A stretch of 52,140 bases of DNA from Gammaproteobacteria bacterium (GCA_022600935.1 JAHZJL010000020.1:1-52140), one strand, 5' to 3'. Shown: positions 10,771 to 21,336, counted from the stretch's first letter. A program made the numbers and translations. Notes: generated by a model from the sequence alone, not told the origin.

Positions 10771-11913
10771 TCAAGGCGTTACAATCATTTGTTTCGCAGT
10801 TGCCTCAATAAAATCTGCAGCGACACGCGCTCGATCATAAAGATTGGCATATCGTCCATATTGAATTCCGTTGTCACTCCATACAGCATCAGGCAATACA
10901 GCCATCATGTTCAGCAATAACTGATTATAATACTGTTGCTGATAGGGACTGGGGATAACCAAACCAGCATCTGCCTGCTGGATGTAACATGAATACCCAC
11001 AGACTTCCGTTGCAATTACCGGCAATCCGGCAATAATTGCCTCCAGCAAGATATTTCCGGTGTTCTCAACCAATGCAGGATGCGCAAGAATATCGGCTCC
11101 GGATAAAAACGCAGGAATATCATCACGGCCCTCGAACATATGACATTGATCAATCAATCCTAATTTTCTGGCCAATGTTGTATAGGGTCGATGATTGCGA
11201 TCACCAACCGCAACAATATGAACAGTGTTGCGAATTGACGCAGGTAATGCGTGAACAGCATTCAATGTTCTTTTCAGGCCTTTGCGTTTGAAATCAGCAC
11301 CGACCGATAGAATCACGGTCTGCTTGTCACTAAACCCAAAGTGCTGCCTCCAGTTGCTGCGGACCTGTTCACGATTCTCAGGTGCTTTTCGATTTGGATG
11401 AATCCCTGGGGGTAGCTCAATAAATCGATTTGCAGAGGTATTGTAATAGTGTTTAAAAACCGGAATCTGCCTGGTTGAAACAGCCATGATTCTGGTGTTA
11501 TGTTGCGCGTCAAAAACAGCAGCTTCATATGAAACATGATGTTGAAATCGTGGTGTTAATCGATAATACCAGAATTTTTTTGATGCTATGGCGCGATAAC
11601 AGGGATCTGCTGCATAATAAACATCCAGTCCCGGCATTTTGTTGAATCCGACAATCAAGTCATACGCTAGCTTTTGTATCCGGTTTCTGAACTGAAAAAC
11701 AAATTCCCGGTCACGATGATGGTTAAATCTTGCTGATACAGGAATTTCAATAATGTCCAGATCAGCGGGTTTTTCACCTTCCCAGTGCCGGGTAAACACA
11801 GTGACTTGATGACCACGCTTCACACACTGCTCAACGATAGCTAAAAAATTTCGCTCCAGTCCACCAAACGGGAAATAACGAAAAACCACAAATATCAAGC
11901 GCATTAGCAACAA
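10771..11913 (-). CDS. Glycosyltransferase family 4 (WaaG/RfaG-like)
   Basis: YFPFGGLER, GFNKMPGLDVYYAAD, RKG and ENTGNILLEA (EX7E) motifs. Confidence 0.9.
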   Translation of the reverse strand: MLLMRLIFVVFRYFPFGGLERNFLAIVEQCVKRGHQVTVFTRHWEGEKPADLDIIEIPVSARFNHHRDREFVFQFRNRIQKLAYDLIVGFNKMPGLDVYYAADPCYRAIASKKFWYYRLTPRFQHHVSYEAAVFDAQHNTRIMAVSTRQIPVFKHYYNTSANRFIELPPGIHPNRKAPENREQVRSNWRQHFGFSDKQTVILSVGADFKRKGLKRTLNAVHALPASIRNTVHIVAVGDRNHRPYTTLARKLGLIDQCHMFEGRDDIPAFLSGADILAHPALVENTGNILLEAIIAGLPVIATEVCGYSCYIQQADAGLVIPSPYQQQYYNQLLLNMMAVLPDAVWSDNGIQYGRYANLYDRARVAADFIEATAKQMIVTP

Positions 11914-12144
11914 TCCGTAGTCTCAACGCATTGCATTGTTCTCAACATACCCTGAACATTCCAGATGACAACATGTGTGTTAACACAATGAATACACGTT
12001 GATTCTTTTCTTGCATAACAATCTTTGAGATACTTTGCCATTTATGAAGCTGTTAAATTCTCCTTACAATCAATACTCTTGTAAACCGGAATGATTAAAT
12101 GATCAAAATTTTGCTCAATCAATCTTTCTGAAAACTGACTCTTT

Positions 12145-14208
12145 ATGCAACTCATCTATCTGGTTTTGACATATGTCCTGATTGTGTTGAATTTTGCCGG
12201 GATAACTGTCGCAACTGAGCGATTGACGCTGTCACCAGCGTGTCGACGCGTATTTGTCATTGTTATAATTTCGTTAACCCTGTTTAATCTCGAACATATT
12301 CAGGGGCTTGGGAAACTAAACTGGTTATGGCCTTTGACAACGATAGCATCTGTCCGGGTGATATATCGGCATCACAACCGACATGGTAAATCCCGCTTTT
12401 GGCGAGGTGAGCTGATTTTTTGGGGAGGGCTGTGTTACGCCCTGATCTGGCGTTTTTGTTTTCCCAATATTGACTCAGGCTCCGAACATCTAACAGATTT
12501 GTATTTCATCAGCAATTATTATAGTGGAGAGACACTGCCACCTAATGATCGTTGGCTGAGCGGTAGCCGATTTGATTTCTACTACGCTTTTCAACATTAT
12601 TGTGCGGCCTTACTGGGACGCATCTTCAATCTCGATATCGGGTTGACCATGAATGTGTCATGGACAATCCTGATCGGACTGATCGCGAGTCTGGTATGGG
12701 ATGCCAGCAGTCAAGTGATCAAACACCGCTGGCTGAAAGGATTGATACTGGGCTGCGTCCTGACCGGAGGCAATGGATTGTCCAGCTTCATGCCGTGGCT
12801 GATTCAGCATGATGAATCTGCGCAAACAGCGGTTCACGATATCGCAATTGAACGGATTTGGGCCAGCACCCGGTTTTCCGGATTATATGATCAATATGTC
12901 AACACTGATTTTGGCCGTAAACTGGTTGAATCATCCAGCCAGCCAGACCCTGGCAAACGACTGGAACTGCCGTTTGAAACCATTGCTTATCTCACGTACC
13001 TGGGAGATTACCACCCTCCTCTCGGAGGTCTGCTCATTGCACTGTGGACCCTGGCCTTAATCATGCGTCTGGAATACAAACCAATTGTATTTTCTCCTTC
13101 AAAACAGCATCTATCCCTGTTAAAACGAACACCAGAATGGCCTGCATATTTCGCTCTGGGCTTAACCCCTGCACTGACTCTCGTGACAAACACCTGGGTA
13201 TTTCCCCTGCAATGCGTATTGCTGGGCTCGTGGATGATGTATCGGCAACTGTTCAGGCGAATTGCCTGGTTCTGGATGATTGCCGGATTGCTGGCAGGTG
13301 CTTTCAGCATCTATCCTTTTCTCACTCATTTTGCCACACACTCGCTTGACACACCTATTTCAAAACTCAGTGTCGAAAATCATACGCCTTTGCTTTTATT
13401 CCTGACGATGCACTGGCCAACACTGATCTGGCTGATAGGTGGTTTGTTGCTATGGCGAACCAATCGCTGGTGCGCATGGTTGTCGTTTACACTTGCATTG
13501 TTGCTGACAATGACAGAACTGATCGTCGTTGATGATCCGCTGATCGGCAAATATCAGCGCTTCAATACAACGCTGAAATGGTGGTCGTGGTTATGGCCAG
13601 TAACGGTTACCGGAATTCTGACTCTGTTGATTGCCAAGTCCACTCGTTTCATCAAACTGTTTCTGATCATCACGATATTTCCACTATTCATCTATAGCAT
13701 GGATTTAATTCGTTACCTCATCTATGCACCCAAACCGCAAATCGGCAAATTATCTGGAAACGGCTGGCTTCTGGAAAACAAAACGAATCATGAGATCCTG
13801 GAGTATCTGGCCAATGCAGATCCGGGAGTCGTCCTGGAATCAATACCCAAAGGTGCGTATACACAATCAAGCGCTCTCACCTTGTTTGCCAATCAATCAG
13901 CTGTGATGGGATGGCCTGATCATATCAGCCAATGGCACGGGCATCTAAATTCCATTCAACACCGGGCTGACCAGGTACGCCGCTTCTATCATGCAACACT
14001 TTCCGATCCTTTGAATTTTCTGGGGCAATACCCGATTCGCTATATTGTCTGGACAAATGAAGACGAAAAACGTTATCCCGGCTTGCGATTGACGATCAAC
14101 CAGCGCATCCTACCTGACTATCAGTGGTTATCATTTTACCGTCATGGCGACCAGGAAGCCGGAGTATGGGTTCGTGCCAGACCTACACCTCCCTTTTCAG
14201 ACCGATAA
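12145..14208 (+). CDS. DUF2298 / YYY-type polytopic membrane protein, putative GT-C glycosyltransferase (paralog 1)
   Basis: SEHLTDLYF...PPNDRWLSG..FDFYY, HP, NTW, RFNTTLKW and GWPDH motifs; more than 10 hydrophobic segments plus a soluble C-terminal domain. Confidence 0.8.
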   Translation: MQLIYLVLTYVLIVLNFAGITVATERLTLSPACRRVFVIVIISLTLFNLEHIQGLGKLNWLWPLTTIASVRVIYRHHNRHGKSRFWRGELIFWGGLCYALIWRFCFPNIDSGSEHLTDLYFISNYYSGETLPPNDRWLSGSRFDFYYAFQHYCAALLGRIFNLDIGLTMNVSWTILIGLIASLVWDASSQVIKHRWLKGLILGCVLTGGNGLSSFMPWLIQHDESAQTAVHDIAIERIWASTRFSGLYDQYVNTDFGRKLVESSSQPDPGKRLELPFETIAYLTYLGDYHPPLGGLLIALWTLALIMRLEYKPIVFSPSKQHLSLLKRTPEWPAYFALGLTPALTLVTNTWVFPLQCVLLGSWMMYRQLFRRIAWFWMIAGLLAGAFSIYPFLTHFATHSLDTPISKLSVENHTPLLLFLTMHWPTLIWLIGGLLLWRTNRWCAWLSFTLALLLTMTELIVVDDPLIGKYQRFNTTLKWWSWLWPVTVTGILTLLIAKSTRFIKLFLIITIFPLFIYSMDLIRYLIYAPKPQIGKLSGNGWLLENKTNHEILEYLANADPGVVLESIPKGAYTQSSALTLFANQSAVMGWPDHISQWHGHLNSIQHRADQVRRFYHATLSDPLNFLGQYPIRYIVWTNEDEKRYPGLRLTINQRILPDYQWLSFYRHGDQEAGVWVRARPTPPFSDR

Positions 14209-14217
14209 TTCAAAGTC

Positions 14218-16236
14218 ATGAGCACAATTTATTATTTCTGCACATTTGGATTGATTCTGATCAATATTGCAGGAGTGACAATCCTGTTCAGCCGCTGGTT
14301 TCAATCCTTTGCGTTAGCGCGATCCAGTGGACTCGTGATACTCGGCTTGATGGGCTTTTTTACTGAGCATTTTTTTGGACTTGGACAAATTAACGCGATC
14401 TGGCTGCTATCGACTCCAGTTTCTTTATTTTTGATCTACAAGCAGATCCAATCGCCTCGAGCAATCCAGTTTCGAAATGCTGAAACTGTCTTTGTACTGG
14501 CAGTTCTCTACGCACTGGCCTGGCGCTGGTATTTCCCGTCAATCTATCCGACTTCAGAGCATATTACCGACTTGTATTTCATCGGAAATTATATGAATGG
14601 TGACCAATTGCCACCGCTGGATCACTGGTTTCCACCACGTCGATTCGATTTCTATTATGGTTTTCAGCACTATATGGCCGGGTTAATGGCTCGAGTATTC
14701 AGCTTGTCAGCAGGATTAACCTATAACATTGCGTTTGTTTTGTTGATGTCTTTGTCAGTCACTCTTGCCTGGGATTTTACCGGCTGTTTCCTCAACAACA
14801 GCTGGAAAAGGGGGTTGATTGTTATTACCCTGGTGTTAGGTGGAACCGGCGCAACAATTTTTGCAAACCTTGGCTATCATCTGCAATCGAACAATTTACG
14901 GACTGAAATTCATAATACTAATGAAAGCATGATTGCAAGTGCACGTTTCATTGGATCTAAAGACCAATTGCTGAATACTGTCATCGGCCAATTGCTGTTT
15001 CCCAAATCTGAAGGCTCGAAACCACAGGTTTTGCCGCTGGAGGATTTTGGTTACCAGTATTTTGTCGGTGATTATCACCCGCCTTTGGGCGGTTATCTGT
15101 TGTTATTTCTGTCATTACTCTGTATTGCCAGTCTGGAATTTTCGGATCGTCAGCACTCCTGTGACAGGTTTAGCTCAAGATCTGATGCACTCCATCAAAC
15201 CTTGCTGACTTTCACCGTTCCTGTGATGATTGCGACAAATACCTGGACGTTTCCGCTACAAGCAGTCCTGGTTGCAGGCTGGATCTGCTGGCGTTATGCT
15301 CAGCATAAAACACTGAACTGGTCTGCCTTGCTCGCTGGTGGAATCATTGGCCTCTTGCTGATCTATCCATTTCTAAGCAAATTCACAAGCCATAGCGCTG
15401 CCACCCCAATTCAATGGGTCACAACTGATTTGCATACCCCTATCAGGCAGTTTTTAGCCATGCACTGGGCATTATTACTGTTTGCCAGCATGGCTTGTCT
15501 ACTAAAACAGTACAACCGACTTGGCTTATGCTTTACCCTGATTTTTCTTGGACTATTAACTGTTTCAGAACTCATTTTTGTGGATGATCCATCAGCAGAG
15601 CATTTTCAGCGCACTAACACTGTGATGAAATGGTGGGGATGGATCTGGACAGGCGCACTGTTATCACTGAGTACACTGGTCTTAAGCAGTTCATTTCGCT
15701 GGCACCGGATTGTCGTGATTGGCACCCTTCTCATCATTAATGTCTATGCGATCAATATATATCGTTACTGGTCTGTCGCAGCGAAACATAATGCCGGACA
15801 ACTGTCTGGAGATGCTGTTTACAGCGGCAATCCGGTTACTCGTGAAATGCTGAACTTTCTGAACACAGCACCCTATGGTGTAGTATTGGAAAATTGCTAT
15901 GGTAATGCGTATACCGACTCCGGGATTTATGCAGCGTTTTCGGCCAAACCCACTGTCATGGGCTGGCCTGAACATCTGGTAACCTGGCATGGAAAAAGTC
16001 AACGTGTCTGGCGATTAAAAGACGATATACAGCAGTTTTATGGTGGTGTCTTGCCTAACCCCATCAATTGGCTAATGTCACACCAGGTCAGGTATATAGT
16101 CTGGAACCACAAAGACAGCAATCAATCTGATGCGTGGCAAACCATCAACCAGGCAATTTCAGCACAATATCATTGGCTTTCATTTCAACAGCAACACAGC
16201 AGACCAAAGGGACTCTGGGTTTACCGGAAAGAATGA
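14218..16236 (+). CDS. DUF2298 / YYY-type polytopic membrane protein, putative GT-C glycosyltransferase (paralog 2)
   Basis: SEHITDLYF...PPLDHWFPP..FDFYY, GDYHPPLGG, TNTWTFP, RTNTVMKWW and GWPEH; colinear with the upstream gene. Confidence 0.8.
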   Translation: MSTIYYFCTFGLILINIAGVTILFSRWFQSFALARSSGLVILGLMGFFTEHFFGLGQINAIWLLSTPVSLFLIYKQIQSPRAIQFRNAETVFVLAVLYALAWRWYFPSIYPTSEHITDLYFIGNYMNGDQLPPLDHWFPPRRFDFYYGFQHYMAGLMARVFSLSAGLTYNIAFVLLMSLSVTLAWDFTGCFLNNSWKRGLIVITLVLGGTGATIFANLGYHLQSNNLRTEIHNTNESMIASARFIGSKDQLLNTVIGQLLFPKSEGSKPQVLPLEDFGYQYFVGDYHPPLGGYLLLFLSLLCIASLEFSDRQHSCDRFSSRSDALHQTLLTFTVPVMIATNTWTFPLQAVLVAGWICWRYAQHKTLNWSALLAGGIIGLLLIYPFLSKFTSHSAATPIQWVTTDLHTPIRQFLAMHWALLLFASMACLLKQYNRLGLCFTLIFLGLLTVSELIFVDDPSAEHFQRTNTVMKWWGWIWTGALLSLSTLVLSSSFRWHRIVVIGTLLIINVYAINIYRYWSVAAKHNAGQLSGDAVYSGNPVTREMLNFLNTAPYGVVLENCYGNAYTDSGIYAAFSAKPTVMGWPEHLVTWHGKSQRVWRLKDDIQQFYGGVLPNPINWLMSHQVRYIVWNHKDSNQSDAWQTINQAISAQYHWLSFQQQHSRPKGLWVYRKE

Positions 16237-16661
16237 ACGTTTTTAAATTTAATCAGGCAGTTATAATTCAATTTTTCAAGTTTGCGTCAATGGGAGCTAT
16301 AGGGACAATTGCACAATACTGTGTGCTGTGGGCCGGAGTCGAAATTTGGTTCTGGGCTGCTTCATTATCTTCCGCAATCGGCTATCTGGTCGGGTCAATT
16401 GTCAATTATGGATTAAATTATTACATCACATTTAACAGTAACCAGACTCACGGCAAAACGATGCCTAGATTCTATCTGGTGGTAGTAGTTGGTTGGTCAA
16501 TAAATACGGGTATTATGTGGGTTCTGGCCGATCAATTGTTATGGAATTACTGGATTGCTCAATTAATCGCGACAGCTACCGGACTGTTATGGAATTTTGT
16601 GGGTAGTCGGAAATGGGTGTTCAAATTACAGTCAATCAAGCACAAGGCAAACATTAAATGA
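16233..16661 (+). CDS. GtrA-family flippase
   Basis: QFFKFASMGAIGT, NYGLNYYITF and WNFVGSRKWVF; four TM helices; ATGA overlap with the upstream stop. Confidence 0.9.
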   Translation: MNVFKFNQAVIIQFFKFASMGAIGTIAQYCVLWAGVEIWFWAASLSSAIGYLVGSIVNYGLNYYITFNSNQTHGKTMPRFYLVVVVGWSINTGIMWVLADQLLWNYWIAQLIATATGLLWNFVGSRKWVFKLQSIKHKANIK

Positions 16662-17680
16662 ATGAATCTTTCAATACTGAACAATCAACTCAGACAAATA
16701 AACCATTGATTTCAGTGGTAGTGCCAGCTTATAACGAAGCGGATGTCATCCAGGTTTTTTACGAACGCATGTGCAAACTTTTCGATTCATTATCAGATTA
16801 CTGTTGCGAGATGATTATTGTCAATGACGGTAGCCAGGACCTGACTCAGTCCATAATTGAACAACTAAGATCAAAGGATAATCGTATTGCAAGTATCAGT
16901 CTGACCAGAAATTTCGGTAAGGAAATTGCCATGACTGCCGGGCTTGACCATGCAAAAGGTGACGCCATCATAATAATCGATGTTGATCTGCAAGACCCTC
17001 CAGAACTGATTGTTAAGTTTATTGAAGAATGGCAAAACGGCTATGACATCGTTTATGCAAGACGCACTGCCCGAGATGGTGAAACCTGGCTCAAGATCTT
17101 TACTGCCGAAATGTTTTATAAAGTCATGGATAAAATTTCCGAGCGAGTCAAAATCCCCCGGAATACTGGTGATTTCCGACTCATGAGTCGGCGTTCTGTC
17201 GATGCGCTGTTGCAACTCCGCGAACACCATCGTTTTATGAAAGGGTTGTATGCCTGGGTTGGGTTTCCATCAAAAGCGATCGATTATCGTCGCGATCCGC
17301 GTGCTGCCGGAAGCAGTAAATTCAATTACTGGGGTCTCTGGAATTTCGCTCTGGAAGGCATCACATCATTCACTGTTATTCCACTGAAAATAGCAACCTA
17401 TCTGGGCTTATTAACATCATTGTCAGCATTCAGTTTTGGACTGTTTATCATTATTAAAACCCTGTTATGGGGAGACTCAGTGCAAGGTTTTCCGACATTG
17501 ATGGTCACCATTTTATTTCTAGGTGGTGTGCAACTTTTTTTTATTGGAGTCATGGGAGAATATCTGGGACGGATATTCGGTGAAACTAAACAAAGGCCGC
17601 TTTATCTGATACAACGTTATAGCCCTTCTCACTACTGCCCGGTTGAGCAAAATCCAACTCCGTCTGCCAAACAGGCTTAA
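16658..17680 (+). CDS. GtrB-like polyprenol-phosphate glycosyltransferase (GT2)
   Basis: VVPAYNE, NDGSQD, RNFGKE, DVDLQDPP, GDFRL, two C-terminal TM helices, GEYLGRIF..TKQRPLY. Confidence 0.93.
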   Translation: MNESFNTEQSTQTNKPLISVVVPAYNEADVIQVFYERMCKLFDSLSDYCCEMIIVNDGSQDLTQSIIEQLRSKDNRIASISLTRNFGKEIAMTAGLDHAKGDAIIIIDVDLQDPPELIVKFIEEWQNGYDIVYARRTARDGETWLKIFTAEMFYKVMDKISERVKIPRNTGDFRLMSRRSVDALLQLREHHRFMKGLYAWVGFPSKAIDYRRDPRAAGSSKFNYWGLWNFALEGITSFTVIPLKIATYLGLLTSLSAFSFGLFIIIKTLLWGDSVQGFPTLMVTILFLGGVQLFFIGVMGEYLGRIFGETKQRPLYLIQRYSPSHYCPVEQNPTPSAKQA

Positions 17681-17790
17681 GTTTAGACGGTTTTATTTTT
17701 AGTTGGATTGAAGTAGTCATAACATTTCCGCAGAGCAGGAGCGTTATGACTGGGGTTGGCTATTCCATTAAACTTCCGCTTACATGTCAA

Positions 17791-19413
17791 TCAACACTGA
17801 TTCGACTTAAATCCATTGGTAATTGGATAACGGCGATCACGTCCGAATGCCCGCGGCGTGATGCGTATTCCGGGTGGCGCCTGTCTGCGTTTGTATTCGT
17901 TCAGGTCGACCAGCCTGATGACGCGATGTACATCACTGTCATGGAAACCGGCAGCAATAATTAGCTCTGCGGACTGATCTTGTTCGACGTAACGCTCCAG
18001 AATAGGGTCCAGCACATCATACGGAGGCAGGCTGTCGGAGTCTTTCTGGTCTGGGGCCAGTTCAGCGCTAGGTGGTCGTTCGATGACTCGTTGCGGTATT
18101 GCTGGTGAGATTGTATTACGGTATTCGGCGAGTTTGAAAACCAGGAGTTTTGAAACATCTTTGAGAGGCGCAAAGCCTCCGGCCATATCGCCATATAAGG
18201 TAGCATAGCCAACGCTCATTTCACTTTTATTGCCTGTTGTGAGCAACAATTTTCCGGTTTTGTTGGATATTGCCATGAGAATCACACCGCGACTGCGGGC
18301 TTGAAGGTTTTCTTCCGTGGTGTCTTTTGGCATACCACTGAAACGGTCGCTCAATAGCTGTTGAAATGCACTGACCGCCGATTCAATGGAAACGCTGTGA
18401 TAGTGAACACCAAGCAGTTCAGCCTGTTGGGCAGCATCGGTTTTACTCATGTCGGATGTGTAGTGATACGGCATCATGACTGCTTCCACATTGTCTGCTC
18501 CCAATGCGTCCGTTGCCAGGGCCAGTGTCAGTGCCGAATCAATACCGCCCGACAAACCAAGCACAACACCTTTAAAGCGGTTTTTTTGTACATAATCACG
18601 TATGCCTAAAACCAGGCCTTTATAAATACTTGAGATGCCCTGATCTTCGGGTTTGCATTCTATTGCTGATAAACTTACAGCATTGCCATTTAATTGCATA
18701 TCACAGATTAACAACGCGTCTTCAAACTCTGCGGCTCTGGCGATCACAGTACCAAAGGCATCCATGACGAATGAGGCACCATCGAAAATCAATTCATCCT
18801 GACCACCGATCAGGTTGACATTGAGCATGGGAATTTCAGCTGTTGAGATACGTTCCCGGATGGCAGTTTCCCGACGCTGAATTTTAGCTAGATGATAAGG
18901 AGAGGCATTCAGATTCAAAACACATTGTGCACCGCGTTGTGCAGATTTCTCGACGACACCGGGAAACCACGCATCTTCACAGATACATAACGCTGTTGGT
19001 ACATTGTCCATATTAAACACGCAGACTTCATCGCCTGCTGTAAAATAGCGCTTCTCGTCAAATACACCATAATTTGGTAATTTCTGTTTACGATAGTTTG
19101 CGACACGGTGGCCGTTGTAAAACACGACTGCTGAGTTATACAATTTGCCCTGGTCCAATTCCGGATAACCGACAATGAGATAAATACCGTGTACTGAGAG
19201 TTGGATGTCATCCAGCGCATGTTGGACAGCGTGCATAAAATCGTCCCGCAACAGTAAATCATCCGGTGGATATCCGGTTAGACTCAGTTCGGGAAAAACA
19301 ATCGCGCTAGCGTGTAATGTATCGCGTGCGTGTTGGGCAGTAGAGATCATGATCTGCTTATTACCCGGTATGTCTCCAACAACCATGTTTTTCTGGGCAA
19401 GAACAATTCGCAT
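17791..19413 (-). CDS. nadE: Glutamine-dependent NAD+ synthetase
   Basis: Nitrilase-type domain (FPEL, LPNYGVFDEKRYF, ICED) fused to the synthetase domain (SGGIDS, ENLQAR, TGNKSE). Confidence 0.97.
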   Translation of the reverse strand: MRIVLAQKNMVVGDIPGNKQIMISTAQHARDTLHASAIVFPELSLTGYPPDDLLLRDDFMHAVQHALDDIQLSVHGIYLIVGYPELDQGKLYNSAVVFYNGHRVANYRKQKLPNYGVFDEKRYFTAGDEVCVFNMDNVPTALCICEDAWFPGVVEKSAQRGAQCVLNLNASPYHLAKIQRRETAIRERISTAEIPMLNVNLIGGQDELIFDGASFVMDAFGTVIARAAEFEDALLICDMQLNGNAVSLSAIECKPEDQGISSIYKGLVLGIRDYVQKNRFKGVVLGLSGGIDSALTLALATDALGADNVEAVMMPYHYTSDMSKTDAAQQAELLGVHYHSVSIESAVSAFQQLLSDRFSGMPKDTTEENLQARSRGVILMAISNKTGKLLLTTGNKSEMSVGYATLYGDMAGGFAPLKDVSKLLVFKLAEYRNTISPAIPQRVIERPPSAELAPDQKDSDSLPPYDVLDPILERYVEQDQSAELIIAAGFHDSDVHRVIRLVDLNEYKRRQAPPGIRITPRAFGRDRRYPITNGFKSNQC

Positions 19414-19627
19414 TGATTTTCCTGTCGATTTTAATAATGTTTGAACGGTGTTTAATAGTGTTTGGCTGGCAGCTCATCTCAACTTTTCAGGTTGAGACAC
19501 TTGTCTCCAACTCAGATTATTTGCATTTTGTCTGTCATTAACCTACTGATATAAATACGGAATCCAAAAAGCAGTTAACAGAATATATCCGCTTCCATCA
19601 GTTCAACGATATAATGACATTTATGAA

Positions 19628-20428
19628 TTGTTTTGTCTGTTACTAATACTGATCATGATATCCTGGGTTTTAAGTCGAGTTTTTGCCTGTTATGCATTGG
19701 TGCCTTTTTCGGCACTGTTTTTTTATCTGGATTGGGATATCAACCGCTCACTGGCAACGCAAGTCTGGCCCTGGGTTGTTGTGGTCCTGCAAATCGCCAG
19801 ACATTCAGCATTGGGGATGACCATCGGCTTTCATCGGTATTACTCGCACCATGCATTTAAAGCCCCGCGCTGGCTGGAATTTCTGATTGCCTATTCATGT
19901 TGTGCATCGAACCAGGGTGCAATGTCCTGGTGGGCTGGCACGCACCGTTATCATCATGTTCATTGTGACACTGAACTTGATCCGCATTCTCCGGTTCAAC
20001 ATTCAATTTTATATGCCTGGTTGGGATGGGGTTATGACCCGAAATATGCGTTGCGAAAAATCAAGCTGCGCTATCCGGAAGTCCGTTTTCTGGATAACTG
20101 GTGTTTTGTGATTCCCTGGATTGAATTCGATTTGATCTGGTTGATTTCAGGTTCTCTGGGATTTGCGACTTTCATATCACTGCTGCCAGCAGCCTTATCT
20201 CCTATCGGCACATTGTTTTTCAACTGCATGTCTCACGGTGGCAAACCTGACGAAAAAGGCTGTACTGCCCGCAAATACTGGCAGATTTCGGCAATCCTGT
20301 TGGGTGAGCATGACCATAAAGACCATCATATATACCCAGCTAAAGCTCATCGCCCCGGTCCTGACTTACCCTATTGGCTGGTATTATGGCCGCTGGAAAA
20401 ACTTGGCATCATACATCATTTGAGATAG
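19628..20428 (+). CDS. Membrane fatty-acid desaturase (delta-9 / DesC-like)
   Basis: His boxes HRYYSH, HRYHH (with DPHSP) and EHDHKDHH. Start uncertain (TTG 19628 or ATG 19655). Confidence 0.85.
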   Translation: MFCLLLILIMISWVLSRVFACYALVPFSALFFYLDWDINRSLATQVWPWVVVVLQIARHSALGMTIGFHRYYSHHAFKAPRWLEFLIAYSCCASNQGAMSWWAGTHRYHHVHCDTELDPHSPVQHSILYAWLGWGYDPKYALRKIKLRYPEVRFLDNWCFVIPWIEFDLIWLISGSLGFATFISLLPAALSPIGTLFFNCMSHGGKPDEKGCTARKYWQISAILLGEHDHKDHHIYPAKAHRPGPDLPYWLVLWPLEKLGIIHHLR

Positions 20429-20438
20429 ATATAGCGGT

Positions 20439-21230
20439 ATGATTGATACCGCAAAACACAACGTTAACAACCTGGCTCATCAAACATTGAAAGACTGGTT
20501 GCAAGACCAGCCATTCGCACTGGCATTGTCATCCTGCTATTTTGGTTTTTTTGCTCATATTGGGGTCTTATCTGCACTGGAAGATCATAACTTAATACCA
20601 AACAAGATCAGTGGTGCCAGCGCCGGTGCTTTAGCAGGTTCCATGTGGGCATCCGGAAATTCAATGCCTACATTGACCTCGTTGTTATTTACAGTACAAA
20701 GACAAAGCTTTTGGGATCCTTCCCTGGGTTTTGGTTTACTCAAAGGTGAACGGTTTCGGGAAACGATTGTCGAGATGGCTGCAGTGACAACTCTTGAACA
20801 ATGCAAAGTACCCATTTCTGTCTCTGCATATGATGTTAAGAACAGAGCAACCCATACATTTAATTCAGGAAATTTAGCTGCGTGTGTCTATGCCTCTTGC
20901 ACTGTTCCTTTATTGTTTCAACCAATTCGAATTAATGGCAGGATTTACCTTGATGGTGGTATTAAAGATTGGGCTGGCAGTAAAGGCTTAGAACACTACG
21001 AACGACAATTACAAATTGGTCTGTATCGAAAACAGCGTTACCTTTTAGACATTACATCCACTAGATATAAAAAAATACATCATCAAACAAGACTGCTTGC
21101 GCTTAAAGATCTGATTGCTGTCTCTCCTAATGCAATGCATTTAGGCAAAGACTTGTTTTATCAGGCACGAGAAGCCATGTTAACTGCGATTCATCAGCCT
21201 GTTGCAAAGCAGATGACGATTCAAGCGTGA
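20439..21230 (+). CDS. Patatin-like phospholipase
   Basis: GASAG nucleophile elbow, ASCxxP and DGG motifs. Confidence 0.88.
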   Translation: MIDTAKHNVNNLAHQTLKDWLQDQPFALALSSCYFGFFAHIGVLSALEDHNLIPNKISGASAGALAGSMWASGNSMPTLTSLLFTVQRQSFWDPSLGFGLLKGERFRETIVEMAAVTTLEQCKVPISVSAYDVKNRATHTFNSGNLAACVYASCTVPLLFQPIRINGRIYLDGGIKDWAGSKGLEHYERQLQIGLYRKQRYLLDITSTRYKKIHHQTRLLALKDLIAVSPNAMHLGKDLFYQAREAMLTAIHQPVAKQMTIQA

Positions 21231-21267
21231 AAAAAAGCAGGTGGTCTAATGATACAATCACCTGCTT
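21231..21267 (-). terminator. Rho-independent terminator of the PG-binding lipoprotein gene
   Basis: AAGCAGGTG/CACCTGCTT stem followed by a T-tract on the minus strand. Confidence 0.7.
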
Positions 21268-21336
21268 CAAGCGTTATGTAATGCTCATTGCTGTTATTGT
21301 TATCGCCAGGCACAGATCCCGGTAAACCATACTGCG

